This document shows positions 12,387 through 24,604 of a stretch of DNA of 64,000 bases, piece by piece. This DNA is from Spirochaetota bacterium. GTDB lineage: Bacteria > Spirochaetota > UBA6919 > CBDBPB01. The first letter of the stretch is position 1. Every line of letters starts with the position of its first letter. The stretch is taken from the NCBI GenBank assembly GCA_965208615.1, contig CBDBPB010000007.1:96001-160000 (forward strand), read 5' to 3'. Both the position numbers and the translations under genes were made by a program. The notes under the pieces were generated by a model, which saw only the letters and a list, made by a program, of their open reading frames with translations, was not told where the DNA came from and did no database searches.

Positions 12387-13280
12387 TTAACTCGTTAACA
12401 CCTTAGCCGCACCAACAATCTCAATAAGCTCTTTTGTAATTTTACTCTGTCTGGCACGATTATACTCTAATGTCAAGCTTTTTATCATATCACCAGCAGA
12501 ATCAGACGCCTGCTTCATGGCTATCTTTCTAGCTATCTGCTCGGATAAAGTAGCCTCTAAAACAGTATTAAATACCTTCACCCTGATAGAAGTAGGTAAA
12601 ATCTCTTCCAAAACCTTTTTTTTATCAGGCTCAAAAATGTATATAGATCGATAATCTTCCTCTACTTCAACATCTTCTTCTTTTTCGATCTCAAAAGGTA
12701 AAATCTTTTCAACAATAGCCTTTTGCTGAGCCGCTGAAAAATAACTGGTATATACAAGATATATTTCATCAGCCTTTTCTTTGGTGTATAAGTCAACAAG
12801 TTCATCAGCAACTTCTGTTATTCGTTCATAGTTAACGTTTTCATCAATATCAGTAAATGCCTTATCAACAGATAGTTTAAGATATTTAAAATAGCTTATT
12901 GCCTTATTACCAGAAGCATATATCTTTATATTGTTCTTCTTTTCTTCAAGAGATAAATAAAGATTCTTGGCAAGACGGTTTACACTATTATTATATCCAC
13001 CACATAGACCACGATTGGATGTTAATACAAAGATAATACTATTTTTGTTACTTTTGTGGGGAGTAGTTAATGGATGTAGGAAATCCCACTTTTCTTCTTG
13101 AGAAAACAAAATTATATGCCTTGTTAACTTAAGAAGATTATAATAATAATCCCTTGACGCAATTAGTCTGTTAGTAGCCTTTCTGGACTTAGCCGTAGCA
13201 ATTTTTTCCATTGTTTCTGTTATTTTTTTGATGTTCTTAACAGCTCCAATTCTATTTTTGATATCCTTGGCGTTTGCCAT
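12387..13280 (-). CDS. atpG: ATP synthase F1 gamma subunit
   Basis: KKITETME, TSNRGLCGGYN, YNRARQSKITKELIEIVGAA. Confidence 0.96.
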   Translation of the reverse strand: MANAKDIKNRIGAVKNIKKITETMEKIATAKSRKATNRLIASRDYYYNLLKLTRHIILFSQEEKWDFLHPLTTPHKSNKNSIIFVLTSNRGLCGGYNNSVNRLAKNLYLSLEEKKNNIKIYASGNKAISYFKYLKLSVDKAFTDIDENVNYERITEVADELVDLYTKEKADEIYLVYTSYFSAAQQKAIVEKILPFEIEKEEDVEVEEDYRSIYIFEPDKKKVLEEILPTSIRVKVFNTVLEATLSEQIARKIAMKQASDSAGDMIKSLTLEYNRARQSKITKELIEIVGAAKVLTS

Positions 13281-13293
13281 AGTTTATATTCCT

Positions 13294-14817
13294 TTAAGTT
13301 AGTCCCTTTTGCTTTTTAAAGTCATTAACGTATTCCTCAATAATAGACCTAAGCTTAGTTTCATTTTCAATAACTTTAGCTTCTCTAATCATTTTTAAAA
13401 TATTACTTTGTTCTTTTTGCATATAGTCTAAGAATCTATTTTCAAAACTCCTAATCATATCAATAGGGATAGAATCAAGATAGCCTTGAGTACCAGCAAA
13501 TATAATAATCATTTGTTTTTCAACAGACATAGGAGAATACTGTCCTTGTTTTAGTATTTCAACAAGTATTGCACCACGATCGAGCTGTTTTTTAGTAGCC
13601 TTATCAAGGTCAGTTCCGAGTTGAGCAAAAGCCTCGAGCTCTCTATATTGAGCTAAGTCAAGACGGAGTGATCCAGCTACTTTTTTCATACCCTTTATCT
13701 GAGCATTACCCCCAACCCTAGATACTGATATACCAACATCCACAGCGGGTCTAACACCACCAGCAAATAAATTAGGTGTTAAATATATTTGTCCATCGGT
13801 AATGGATATAACATTAGTTGGGATATATGCAGATACTTCACCTTCTTGAGTCTCAATAATAGGAAGTGCAGTTAATGATCCACCACCAAGTTTATCATTC
13901 AATTTTGCAGAACGCTCCAATAACCGTGAGTGGAGATAGAATACATCACCTGGATAAGCCTCTCTACCTGGAGGTCTTTGTAATAAAAGAGATAATTGCC
14001 TATAGGCATTGGCATGCTTTGACAGATCGTCAGAAATTACAAGGGTATCCTTACCCTCAGCGATACATAAACTCCTCAGCCATTGTACAACCAGCAAAAG
14101 GTGCAATATATAGCATAGGAGCAGGCTCACTGGCACTTGTGGATATAACAATTGTATGATCCATAGCACCATTGTCTTTAAGCCTCTCTACCACTGCGGA
14201 AACAGTGGAGGCTTTTTGTCCTACTGCAACATATACACAAATTACTCCAGGTTCCTTTTTGGTTTATAATAGTATCAATTGCGATTGCAGTTTTACCAGT
14301 TTGTCTATCACCAATAATAAGTTCTCTCTGCCCTCTACCAATAGGGATCATAGAGTCTATAGCCTTAATACCTGTTTGAAGAGGTACTTTAACAGGCTGT
14401 CTTTTAGCAATACCGGGAGCCATTATCTCAAGGGAGCGTTTTTTAGTTGTTTTAATAGGAGGTCCGCCATCAATAGCCTCACCAAGAGGATTAACTACCC
14501 TGACCTATTAATTCAGCACCTACAGGAACAGATAGTAAACGTTTTAATCTCTTTACACTAACTCCTTCTTTAAGATGAAGATAATTACCTAAAATAACTG
14601 TACCTACAGAGTTCTCCTCAAGATTAAGAGCTAAACCAGTTGTTCCATCCTCAAACTCGACCATCTCACCAGCCATAATATTATTTAAACCATGTATTTT
14701 AGCAATACCATCTCCAACATCAAGAACAGTACCCACTTCTTCTTCTGACAGGACAGCTTTATATCCCTCAATTTCCTTTTTTATAAGAGTGTTGATCTCT
14801 TCAACATTGATCTTCAC
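13294..14817 (-). CDS. atpA: ATP synthase F1 alpha subunit; three +1 indels (~14502, ~14250, ~14062)
   Basis: [36 protein letters not shown]; removing three bases restores GRVVNPLG, KGTGVICVYV and MYAEGKD (506 aa). Confidence 0.95.
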
Positions 14818-15374
14818 TGTATAGCTCCTTTTAATTTTATAGACTCTATATTGCTCTGGAATATCTTTAGCGATTTTAAAATAGAAATATCTACTCTAAT
14901 ATCCCCAACCTTAAAAACTAAGCCGCCAATAATCTTTTTATCAATCACATTGGTTAAAGCGATCTTTTTATTAAATCTTTTAGTTAAGGTATTAGTAATC
15001 TCAGCCATCATCTTATCGCTAATAGCCTGAGTAGAAAGTACTTTAGCACGTAATATATTTTTATGTTTATCAACCAATAACCGAAAATCATCATGAATAT
15101 CAACTAACAGATATTGACATTTTTTAACTATAATAACAGCTAAAAATCCTAAGAACTCTTTTGAAAAGGAATTATTAAAAACTTTATTAATAAACTCTTT
15201 TTTCATTTTACGATTTATCCTAGGGGATAACATAAATTTCTTAAAAGTTTTATTTGTTTTATAGACTTCGATAAATTGGCTAAAGTCTTCCGAATAAACA
15301 TCTAATTTATTAGCCGCAAGACCCATCTTAAATAATGTATTGGAGAATACACTAATATCATGTTCTTTGGTCAT
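14814..15374 (-). CDS. atpH: ATP synthase delta subunit
   Basis: IDKKIIGGLVFKVGD; sits between atpF and atpA. Confidence 0.9.
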   Translation of the reverse strand: MTKEHDISVFSNTLFKMGLAANKLDVYSEDFSQFIEVYKTNKTFKKFMLSPRINRKMKKEFINKVFNNSFSKEFLGFLAVIIVKKCQYLLVDIHDDFRLLVDKHKNILRAKVLSTQAISDKMMAEITNTLTKRFNKKIALTNVIDKKIIGGLVFKVGDIRVDISILKSLKIFQSNIESIKLKGAIQ

Positions 15375-15387
15375 AATCTTAACAATA

Positions 15388-15903
15388 CTAATTCAAATTT
15401 TGATATTGATCTAAAGAGCGATTGATTAACTCTTCATGATCTTTATAGCTTAATGACTTGTTAATAATCTTAGAAGCAATATCTAGAGATATTATAGCAA
15501 TTTCTTTTTTGAGCTCATCTAATGCTTTGTTTTTAGCAGTCTCAACCTCTTTTTTAGCCTTATCAATAATATCCTTTGCTTGTAGGTTAACCTTATCAAG
15601 TTCTTCTTTTTTAACTATAATAGCCTCTGACCTTGCATTTACTATTATATTTTCAGCTTCTTTTCTACTTTCTTCTAAAAGTTTTTTTTGTTCTTCTAAA
15701 ATCTTTTGGGCTTGATCCTTATTATCTTTAGCATTTTTAATATCTTCTTTAATACGTTCTCGTCTTGCATCTAAAGCATTAATAATTGGCTTCCAGGCGT
15801 ATTTACCTATAATTAAAACAAGAAGACCAAAAGTAATAAGAGTCCAAAATATAATGCCCCCCGTTAACTTTAGAAATGATCCATCACCAAATAAATCAGC
15901 CAT
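15388..15903 (-). CDS. atpF: ATP synthase Fo b subunit
   Basis: FWTLITF..KYAWKPIINALDARRE plus coiled coil. Confidence 0.95.
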   Translation of the reverse strand: MADLFGDGSFLKLTGGIIFWTLITFGLLVLIIGKYAWKPIINALDARRERIKEDIKNAKDNKDQAQKILEEQKKLLEESRKEAENIIVNARSEAIIVKKEELDKVNLQAKDIIDKAKKEVETAKNKALDELKKEIAIISLDIASKIINKSLSYKDHEELINRSLDQYQNLN

Positions 15904-15997
15904 AACTTGCTCCTGTAAACCAACTAAATAAAATATATATATTTTACTTGTTAGTTCAATATCTTATATATCAGCGAACCTATATATCCTTTTTAAC

Positions 15998-16312
<315 letters not shown>

Positions 16313-16335
16313 CTAATTAAACCCACATACCCCTT

Positions 16336-17104
16336 TTAATGCTCCTCTCCAGCAGAGGCTATAAAAATAGCCGATAAAAATGTAAATATAAATGCCTGAA
16401 TAACCGCAATTAAAATCTCAAGTAAGTCGACTAGTACAGAGCCTACTACAGCAAAAGGTGCAACTAATATTTTATTCCACCCGACCGCAGATGCCGCCAA
16501 AAATAAAAGAACCGTAAATAACTATATGTCCAGCAATCATATTAGCAAAAAGTCGAATCATCAATGCAAATGGCTTAGTAAAAAGTCCTACGAACTCAAT
16601 CACAAACATAAGAGGCCATAATGCCAGCGGAACACCCTCAGGTACAATCTTTATCCAATATCTAAAAATGCCTTTCTTTGTCATACCGTATATTTGAGTA
16701 GCGATAAACGTTATAGTAGCTAATGTCATTGTAACCGCAAGATTACCAGTTACAGTAGCACTACCTGGTATAAGACCAAATAGATTACACAGCATAATAA
16801 AAAAGAATAACGTAGCAAAAAACGGTAAGTATTTCTTTGCCTCAGTATGATTATGGAATGTTGGTTTAACAATATCATTATTGAGAAAATCTAAAAGTAC
16901 CTGAACTAAAATAGATAGTCTATTACCAGAAGCGCTCTTATCCTTCTTTATAGACCTTGCCGCCAAAATAGTAACCAATGCAAAAATTAATGCAACACCC
17001 CACATTATAAGAACATGTTTTGTGATAGATATGTCAATTCCAAAAAGGCTTGGCAAAGCAATAAATGCTTCTGAATCACCGATATGGTGGAGAAGAGTAT
17101 CCAT
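16336..17104 (-). CDS. atpB: ATP synthase Fo a subunit; +1 indel at ~16517
   Basis: KPFALMIRLFANMIAGH; the C-terminus LLEILIAVIQAFIFTFLSAIFI continues in the shifted frame to TAA at 16336. Confidence 0.92.
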
Positions 17105-17166
17105 AATAGAATTACTCCCCTCTTTTGCACTAATAAAAAAATTGTGTTAAATAATCCATAGTAAAC

Positions 17167-17543
17167 CTATTTTTTATTAACTAGCTTTTTGTAAATCATA
17201 ATAACTTCGATCATCTGTAAAGCAATAAAAAAACCTATATATGATAGTAAATAACTTATTATACGGTCTTTGTCTATCAAATAAATAACTAAGGTTAAAA
17301 TTAAAATTATAAAAAGACGAACCCCTATTCCTCCGTAAAATACAAAAAAAAAGAATTTTTATTAATAACAGCATTTGTAATAAAGTAGCTAATCTTAAAT
17401 ACGAGTAAACTAAGTAGTCCAGTTACTAAAAAGGGTATATAAATCTTAATCTCAGAAAAATATATCAAACTAAAAAGCATATAAATAATAATTGTTGTAA
17501 TTAAACTTAATATTATATAATATATATCAATTTTTTTTATCAT
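17167..17543 (-). CDS. atpI: AtpI-like membrane protein; one base missing in the run at 17344-17352
   Basis: Adding one T joins the frames (NSFFFVFYGGIGVRLFIILIL...IEVIMIYKKL); four hydrophobic segments; lies upstream of atpB. Confidence 0.6.
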
Positions 17544-17715
17544 TTTTTTGTTCTGTAGCCTTAACAATGGTATATAAAGCTATACCAAAACCTATAAATA
17601 CAAATACAATTAAAAATATAGGAAATGTGTTAATCTTAGAATCCAACCAATATCCAATACCTAAAAATAAAAAAATAATTATAACAAACTGAATACCTAT
17701 AGAAAGAGCATCCAA
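17527..17715 (-). CDS. AtpZ/AtpI (ATPase gene 1) family small membrane protein
   Basis: GIGYWLDSKINTFPIFLIVFVFIGF; first gene of the atp operon. Confidence 0.8.
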   Translation of the reverse strand: MDALSIGIQFVIIIFLFLGIGYWLDSKINTFPIFLIVFVFIGFGIALYTIVKATEQKNDKKN

Positions 17716-17876
17716 AATTAAAATCCAATAATATAGTACAACATAGAAAAATCAATAACTAAACAATATAGAAAATAATATAAGGTTAGTCAATAAAAAA
17801 AATAATATTATTATATTAGCTTTAAATTATAGTTTTCCAGTCTAAAGGGCTTATGATTATAGAGATAGTTAATGCT

Positions 17877-18737
17877 TTAAACATATCTTACAAGTTTTAA
17901 GTCTTTTTGTAGAAGTAGTTTTACACGAAAATCGGAATGATATTCTTTTAGCTTATTCTTTATCCGACTTTTAATTTTCTTAGAAAATGGAGTAGATTCT
18001 CTATGAGCCTTAGTTAGAATAAGGTCTTCATATTCTAGTGTAATGGCTTTTACCTCGTGATAATTTATTTGAGGATTATCTTTATAATGCTTATAAAGGT
18101 TTATAAGCAAAGGAATAACTCTTGTATTATTTATTCTTAAAATAGATAAACATATTTTATATCTTTCCAGTTCACTTATGGGCATTGTAAGATAGTTTGT
18201 TAACAATAACCAAACAGTTTTGTTGCCAAGATAAACTAATGCCTTAAATATTTCTGGAAAAAAGTTATTTTGCTTTAAGCTTTCTTTAAAGTTGTCAAGA
18301 AGAATAAGTTCACCGGATGAGTCTGGGAAATACGCTAATGATATTGCACAACGATATGCTATTCTTTTGTTTTTAAGGTTTTTACGTAAAAAAGTTTTTG
18401 ATAAATCAGTCTTAAACTTTCCAATGGTATTACAAATATCTTCCATATAGGCAGAAACTTTTTCGTCTTCGGCTAGCGTAATTAGCTCAGGGACACAAAT
18501 AGGATCATTATAATGTTCTAGTATTAATAGCATATGGGTTATACGTATATCAACTGTAGTTTTGAGATAACGTTTATCCCTTATGTATTTTAGGAAGTGT
18601 TTTACTACATAAGAGGCGTTTATTTTAATAATGGAATCAGTTAGTTGATTTAGCCTTCTATAGCTAGAGAAATCACTAATATAAACTTTTAGTTTTTCAA
18701 ATTCGTTTAGTATAGGTATTAGTGATTTTTTCATCAT
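17877..18737 (-). CDS. Hypothetical protein, HEAT-repeat-like
   Basis: 286-aa helical ORF with VPELITL, CAISLAY, VIPLLINL patterns. Confidence 0.5.
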   Translation of the reverse strand: MMKKSLIPILNEFEKLKVYISDFSSYRRLNQLTDSIIKINASYVVKHFLKYIRDKRYLKTTVDIRITHMLLILEHYNDPICVPELITLAEDEKVSAYMEDICNTIGKFKTDLSKTFLRKNLKNKRIAYRCAISLAYFPDSSGELILLDNFKESLKQNNFFPEIFKALVYLGNKTVWLLLTNYLTMPISELERYKICLSILRINNTRVIPLLINLYKHYKDNPQINYHEVKAITLEYEDLILTKAHRESTPFSKKIKSRIKNKLKEYHSDFRVKLLLQKDLKLVRYV

Positions 18738-18878
18738 TATATACCAACTTTATAAACTGCCTTAACTAGCTTTGGGATAACTGAGATATAGTCATTTTTA
18801 AATTAATATTATAGTACTATATTGTATTCGACATTATTTTAAATTACTTAATGGCGCATTTTTTTATATTAAATATTA

Positions 18879-19232
18879 TTAAAAGCGGTATAACATTTTA
18901 AGTGTAGGCTTACTAGGGTTAATTAGTCTAAGTTCTAATTTTAGCTTAGAAGATTTATATATGTCTATTACGATTATTTTATTTGTTATGGTTAGAGTTT
19001 CTGACAGCATACTCCTGAATTTATAATTATGAGGTAATCTATTGTTAATTAAAGAAATCATATTGAGTTGTTTATTACTACTAGTTATTATATGCTTACT
19101 TTTAGTCCTAGAGGCTAATTTACTAGCCTTATGAGCTAATCTAGTAGTTAATGCAAACTTATAGCCATAAGAAGGCTTTAAAAAAATTAATATAATAGTA
19201 ATAGCTAATATTAAAATACTATATAGCTTCAT
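18879..19232 (-). CDS. Hypothetical exported protein
   Basis: 117-aa ORF with a signal-peptide-like N-terminus. Confidence 0.4.
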   Translation of the reverse strand: MKLYSILILAITIILIFLKPSYGYKFALTTRLAHKASKLASRTKSKHIITSSNKQLNMISLINNRLPHNYKFRSMLSETLTITNKIIVIDIYKSSKLKLELRLINPSKPTLKMLYRF

Positions 19233-19527
19233 AAATTAAAGTTATCCATAGTTTTTTTTTTTTTTATATATTGATTTAACTAATCTTGTTATAACTCTAA
19301 ATTTAACACAGCTTATAAAAAAATCAACTTTTATTTACAAGTAAGAATATATAGTTAAGACTATCTATTTTGTTATGTCTTAAGGTAAAAGAGGCTAATA
19401 CAATAAAGGTTTTAGCCAGGCTAATGTAAAATGAAAGCTAAAATAAATTAAAAAGACTTGATTTTTTACTTATTTTTTTATTTAATTTTAATACTATTTT
19501 ACTGTTTTAGTTAGAGTTAAATATTTT

Positions 19528-20352
19528 ATGATTAGATTTTCTTATAATAAATTATATATATTTTGCTTTATAAGTTTTTTGCTTTCTAGTAGTTATATAT
19601 ATGGTAAAGAATTTACTATTAAATGGAATAAAAATCCTAATAGTATAAAATATGTTGTTGAGCTATCCAAAACCAAAGACTTTAAAGTAATTAATAAAAG
19701 GCTTACTATAAAAGGCCTTAGGACGCAATTAGAACTTGATGTTGGTATTTATTATGTTCGTGTTTACGGTATAAACAGGGATAAGTCTAAGACTAAATAT
19801 AGTAGTATACGTAGGATTGTTATAAGATATAGTGCTAATAAATATAGCTATAAGAAAAATAATAAAATATATGTTTCAGCTTATCCTAATATAGACTTTC
19901 TTTTTAAAAGTGGAAAAGGATCTTTATACTATGCAATAGATAGCCAAAAGTTTAAAAAATACAGAAAAAAAGATCTTATAAAGATTAACCAAGAAAAGGA
20001 ATATATACTACATTACTATTTTATTAAAAATGCTAAGAAAACGGCTATACAAAAAGTCAACCTTATTGTTGATAAAACTTTTCCGGCATATAGTATTTTA
20101 GTAAATGGTACTCATAAAAAAAGTAGAAATATTAAGATTTCAAAGAATAGAGAAATAAGAATTACTGCCAAAGATAAAGGATCTGGGGTAAAGGAAATCC
20201 TTTATGCATACAAAGATGACCATGTTTACTACCTCTATAAGGGCTATATACCATTACTTAATAAAAAGGTTTTTAGGATATACTTTAAGCTTGTAGACAA
20301 TGTTGGGAATACTAGTCCGGTTTATTATAGAAATATTAGTTTGTTAAAGTAA
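19528..20352 (+). CDS. Exported beta-rich protein (FN3/Ig-like, OmpL47-type C-terminal module)
   Basis: Signal peptide; W...YVVELS...GIYYVRVYG; DKGSGVKEILY...VDNVGN. Confidence 0.55.
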   Translation: MIRFSYNKLYIFCFISFLLSSSYIYGKEFTIKWNKNPNSIKYVVELSKTKDFKVINKRLTIKGLRTQLELDVGIYYVRVYGINRDKSKTKYSSIRRIVIRYSANKYSYKKNNKIYVSAYPNIDFLFKSGKGSLYYAIDSQKFKKYRKKDLIKINQEKEYILHYYFIKNAKKTAIQKVNLIVDKTFPAYSILVNGTHKKSRNIKISKNREIRITAKDKGSGVKEILYAYKDDHVYYLYKGYIPLLNKKVFRIYFKLVDNVGNTSPVYYRNISLLK

Positions 20353-20404
20353 CTGTATTTTATATAATTTATGGTATTGTAAAACATTAAGGAGATATTC
20401 TTTT

Positions 20405-21346
20405 TTGATTAAGAGGCATTGGTTTACCTTGGGAATGATTATAGCTATTCCTATGGGATTATATTTTTATAAAGCTGGAGAGTTTCTTTTTCCTAATTCT
20501 AGTTATATTACTTTTTTAGCAATGTACTTTACTGGTCTAAACCTTGATTTAAAATACTTTAGTTTTAAAAAGAATATTATACTATCTATAGCTTTAAGTA
20601 GTTTAATTAATTGTTTACTATCTCCCATAATATTTTATTTTTTTGGAAAGCTTTTTCTTCATAGTAATAGTGATATATTTGTAGGACTTATTGTTCTAAG
20701 TGTTCTTCCTACAACACTTATAAGTCATATAGTAATTTGTCAAGAGGCAGGAGGCAACAGTTTACTATCTGCGTTTTGTACAATTAGTTCTAATATATTA
20801 TCGATTTTATTTATTCCGTTTTTTCTTAACATCTTTTTAGATGTATATATTCAACTATCCTATATGGAACTTTTTATAAGGTTAGTTTTGGTAGTGATAC
20901 TGCCTGTAGCTATAGCACAGATAATCAAGCGTTTTTTTAAAAAGGTTATTTTACGTTATAAGTGGTTATATCCAAAGGCAGCTCAGACTTTTGTTTTAAT
21001 TTTTGTATTTATTAGTATTTCTATAAACCAATCCCATTTTATGAGAATATACTATTTTGCTTATGAGTTTATTATTTTAATATTTACAGTAATACTTCTT
21101 CATTTTATATTGTTGATATTATCATATCTTACTGCTAAAATTATTAAGCTTTCCAAGGAGGATAGTATATCTCTTTTATTTTCTGCTTCTCAGAAAACCT
21201 TAGCCGTTGGGATAGCTATATTGGCTGATGCTATTCCAAATGGAGAAAAGGGTGCCTTAGCAATTATATCATATCATTTTTTTCAGATACTTTTTGATAA
21301 TTATATAGCAACAAGGATATCGATAATGAAAAGTAGATTTTTATAA
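20405..21346 (+). CDS. Bile acid:sodium symporter (SBF-like) family transporter
   Basis: LPTTLISH..AGGN, SNILSILFIP, FSASQKTLAVG; many TM segments. Confidence 0.85.
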   Translation: MIKRHWFTLGMIIAIPMGLYFYKAGEFLFPNSSYITFLAMYFTGLNLDLKYFSFKKNIILSIALSSLINCLLSPIIFYFFGKLFLHSNSDIFVGLIVLSVLPTTLISHIVICQEAGGNSLLSAFCTISSNILSILFIPFFLNIFLDVYIQLSYMELFIRLVLVVILPVAIAQIIKRFFKKVILRYKWLYPKAAQTFVLIFVFISISINQSHFMRIYYFAYEFIILIFTVILLHFILLILSYLTAKIIKLSKEDSISLLFSASQKTLAVGIAILADAIPNGEKGALAIISYHFFQILFDNYIATRISIMKSRFL

Positions 21347-21360
21347 AAATGAAAACTTTT

Positions 21361-22292
21361 CTACACTTCTTAACTCATCAATAGTTTTTTTATAAGTACT
21401 AGCATTATTTTTCATAGCTTCTGTTTCGCTATCAGAAAGGCTTAGCTCTATTATATCTTCTATACCGCTTAGTACCAAGTTTAGCGGGAACGCCGATATA
21501 TACGTCATTAATTCCATATTCGCCTTCTAAGTAGCATGAGCTTGGTAATATACGTTTTTGTCCTTTTAGAATGGATTCTACCATAGCCACTACAGATGCA
21601 CCTGGAGCATAATATGCACTACCAGTTTTAAGCAGGTCTACTATTTCTGCTCCACCTTTTTGAGTACGATTAACAATTTTTTCAATTTTGTTTTTAGTCA
21701 TAAGTTCGGTAATAGGTATACCGCTAACTGTGGTATATTTTGGCAGGGGTACCATATTATCTCCGTGTCCGCCTAAAACCATAGGGGATATATCTTTTAT
21801 TGATACATCTAACTCTAGAGCAATAAATGCGGCGAGTCTTGCTGAGTCTAATACTCCAGCCATGCCTATTACTCTATTTTTTGTAAACTTGCTAACTTTA
21901 TAAACGAGGTAACTCATTATATCTACGGGGTTTGAGACTACTACGATAGTGGAGTTAGGAGCATATTTCACAATATTATTGGTAATCTCGGTTAAGATGG
22001 TTGCATTTTTTTTAAGTAGGTCTAGTCTATCCATACCTGGTTTTCGTGCTAGTCCAGCGGTAACTATTACAATGTCGGAGTTCTCCATGAGAGAGGGGTC
22101 AGTAGATCCTCTAAAGTGGCAGTCAAAATGTTGTATAGGTGAAGCTTGTAATATATCCAGGCTTAAGCCTTGTGGAAATCCTTCAATTATGTCGACTAGT
22201 ACGATTTCGGCCAATTCTTTTTGTGCAAGGTATAATGCAGTTGTAGCTCCTACATGTCCTGAACCGACAACTGTTATTTTTTTTTCTCTCAT
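21361..22292 (-). CDS. mdh: Malate dehydrogenase (LDH-like type); +1 indel(s) near the 3' end
   Basis: [46 protein letters not shown]; tail [10 protein letters not shown] is in a shifted frame; the 3' end is approximate. Confidence 0.92.
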
Positions 22293-22304
22293 ATAAATCT
22301 CCTT

Positions 22305-22556
22305 TAAGTAATATATTTATTATTTTATAGATGGATTAAACGTTCTAACACCCAGAAGGCGGGCAAGGGTAAATATAATAAAAAGTGATATAGTGGTTAT
22401 TTTTATTTACTATTTATTGTTATTTTATTAAGTATTCTTGTTTATAGTTTAATTTTTCATTTTATTATTTACAATAATCTATTTTAGGCGAGTCTGAGAA
22501 GTGTATTTTAATTTATAAGTAATATATTTATTATTTTAGTGATATAGTGGTTATTT
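22305..22556. repeat. Two short direct-repeat pairs upstream of mdh
   Basis: TAAGTAATATATTTATTATTTTA at 22305-22327 and 22516-22538; AGTGATATAGTGGTTATTT at 22384-22402 and 22538-22556. Confidence 0.7.
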
Positions 22557-23220
22557 ATTCATAGAGGATTAGGCATACTTTTTGAAGTTTTACATATAAA
22601 GTCAATATAAGATATTTGAATAATTCGCTCTACGTCTTTGTGGAACTGCAAATCCTTTAACACTTAATAAATGTCTATAATTCTTAGTCTCAGTAAGGGA
22701 TTCTTAACAGCTCTCGTAGTGATGACTACTTGCATAAAAAGTGATATTTTGTGTTCATTGCTAAGGCATTTAAACAGTACTTAAAGAGCATAGTGGGATA
22801 AGCTGTTTGATACAAGAAAATAACTTTTTCATAAATATTTTAACTTTTCTGTTCTACAAAGAAATCTAAAATATATCTACCTTTACGTTATATGTCTTTT
22901 TTTGTGTAAAACTTGTTATAAAATAATAGCCCTTTTTAATAATTCAATTATCATGAAATATCATTTTATTATAATTGTATCTGATAAAAAGTATTTATAC
23001 ATTAAATATCCCTTCTACCTCAATATTAAAAAATATAATAACAAAATTGACTTTGTTATTATATTTAGTTATTAATTATTATGTTTGATTATTAACATAT
23101 TACAATGAATATGCCTATTAGATTGTTAAAAAGCTTTTTTAGTATAAAATCTTTCTAATCGTAAATGGCATTTAAAGTATTATCTAAGATTAAAATAAAA
23201 CTTGCGGGATAATTAAAACA

Positions 23221-24598
23221 TTGAAACTAATCCCTATACCTTTGTATGTCTTTTTGCTTATATATGTTATAATATTTTCATCTTCAAGTTTTGCTGAAAA
23301 TTATACTAACTCGAAAACTAAAGATAAGTTAAGCCTTGATAAATGTATATCCATGGCCCTAGTTCAAAGTCCAAATTATAAAAGTGCTTACTATAGCGTA
23401 AAAGCTAAAAAAATCCTCACTTCTATGTCTGCCCTCCTAATCCCAGATATAACCTTCACTACTAAATATGCCTATACTGAATCAAGCCCTGCTTTAGCAT
23501 TTCCTGTACCCCCAGGGAGCCTGTCCAACTCTCTTAGCATTAATAAAGTTCTATATAATTTTGGCCAAATGGAAGCTCAACTCGTAATGGCAAGAAAAGA
23601 CCATAGAATTGCTATTCTAAAAGCAAAACAAGTGAAAAATGACCTTGTTAGAAATGTAACAATTGCTTTTTTTTACAGTATTACTAAGCCAAGAAAATCT
23701 TAAAGTCGTATATGAAGGACATAAAATATTAAAAGAAAATGTCGAATATCAAAAAAAGAACTTCTTAAGGGGTAATACTCCAAAGTTCGAATACTTAAGA
23801 GTACTAGTGCAATACGAAAATGATAAAGTCCAAGTTCAAGGAGCTAGAAAAAAATATATTAATTCTATTAATAATTTATATACTCTAATCGGAGTAAAGC
23901 TTATTAGTAAGTTGGAAGATGTTAACCATAACATAGTAGGAGATTTGCTTACTAAAATAACTGATTTTGACATATCTAATATTTCTTTGTTCAGAGCAAA
24001 AAATATGGGGCTTTCTAATAGAATCGATATAAGAGAGTTATATATACAAAAAAGAATGCTAGAGTTAAAAAAAGAAATAACCGGAGCAGGCTGGAAACCA
24101 ACTATTAGTATTTTTGGCAAAATAAGTTATGACTATGCACAAGATAGAGAACTATCCCCACTGGGAGGAATTACTATTGGCCCCTATAAAGGTATATTTA
24201 ACTGGATGGTAGGTGTACAGATGCAAATTACTATTTCTGATGCTATACCAGGTTCGGTGGGTTATAATATGAGGACTAGCCTTGGGTATGATATAAAAGC
24301 TCTTAGATATAATATAAAAAGCCTAAAGGATAGGGTTAAACAAGAAATTACACAAAACTATCTTACACTAAAAGAAGCTGAAAAAAATATAGAAAAAAGA
24401 AAGTCCGTTATGAAAATGGCAAAAGAAAATTTTAAAATAGCAAGAAGACTCTTTTATACTGGCGGAATGGACTATCTTAATTATAGAGATGTTGACTTGC
24501 AGGCACGTCAAGCCAAAATTGGATATTATAGAGAATTATATGCCTATAATGTTGCATATTTAAACTTTGCTAATTCAATAGGCAAATATAAATACTAG
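23221..24598 (+). CDS. TolC-family outer-membrane efflux protein; +1 indel in T8 at 23667-23674
   Basis: LSLDKCISMALVQSP, helical OEP repeats; two overlapping ORFs join into 458 aa; upstream of MFP and RND genes. Confidence 0.8.
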
Positions 24599-24604
24599 CA
24601 AAGA

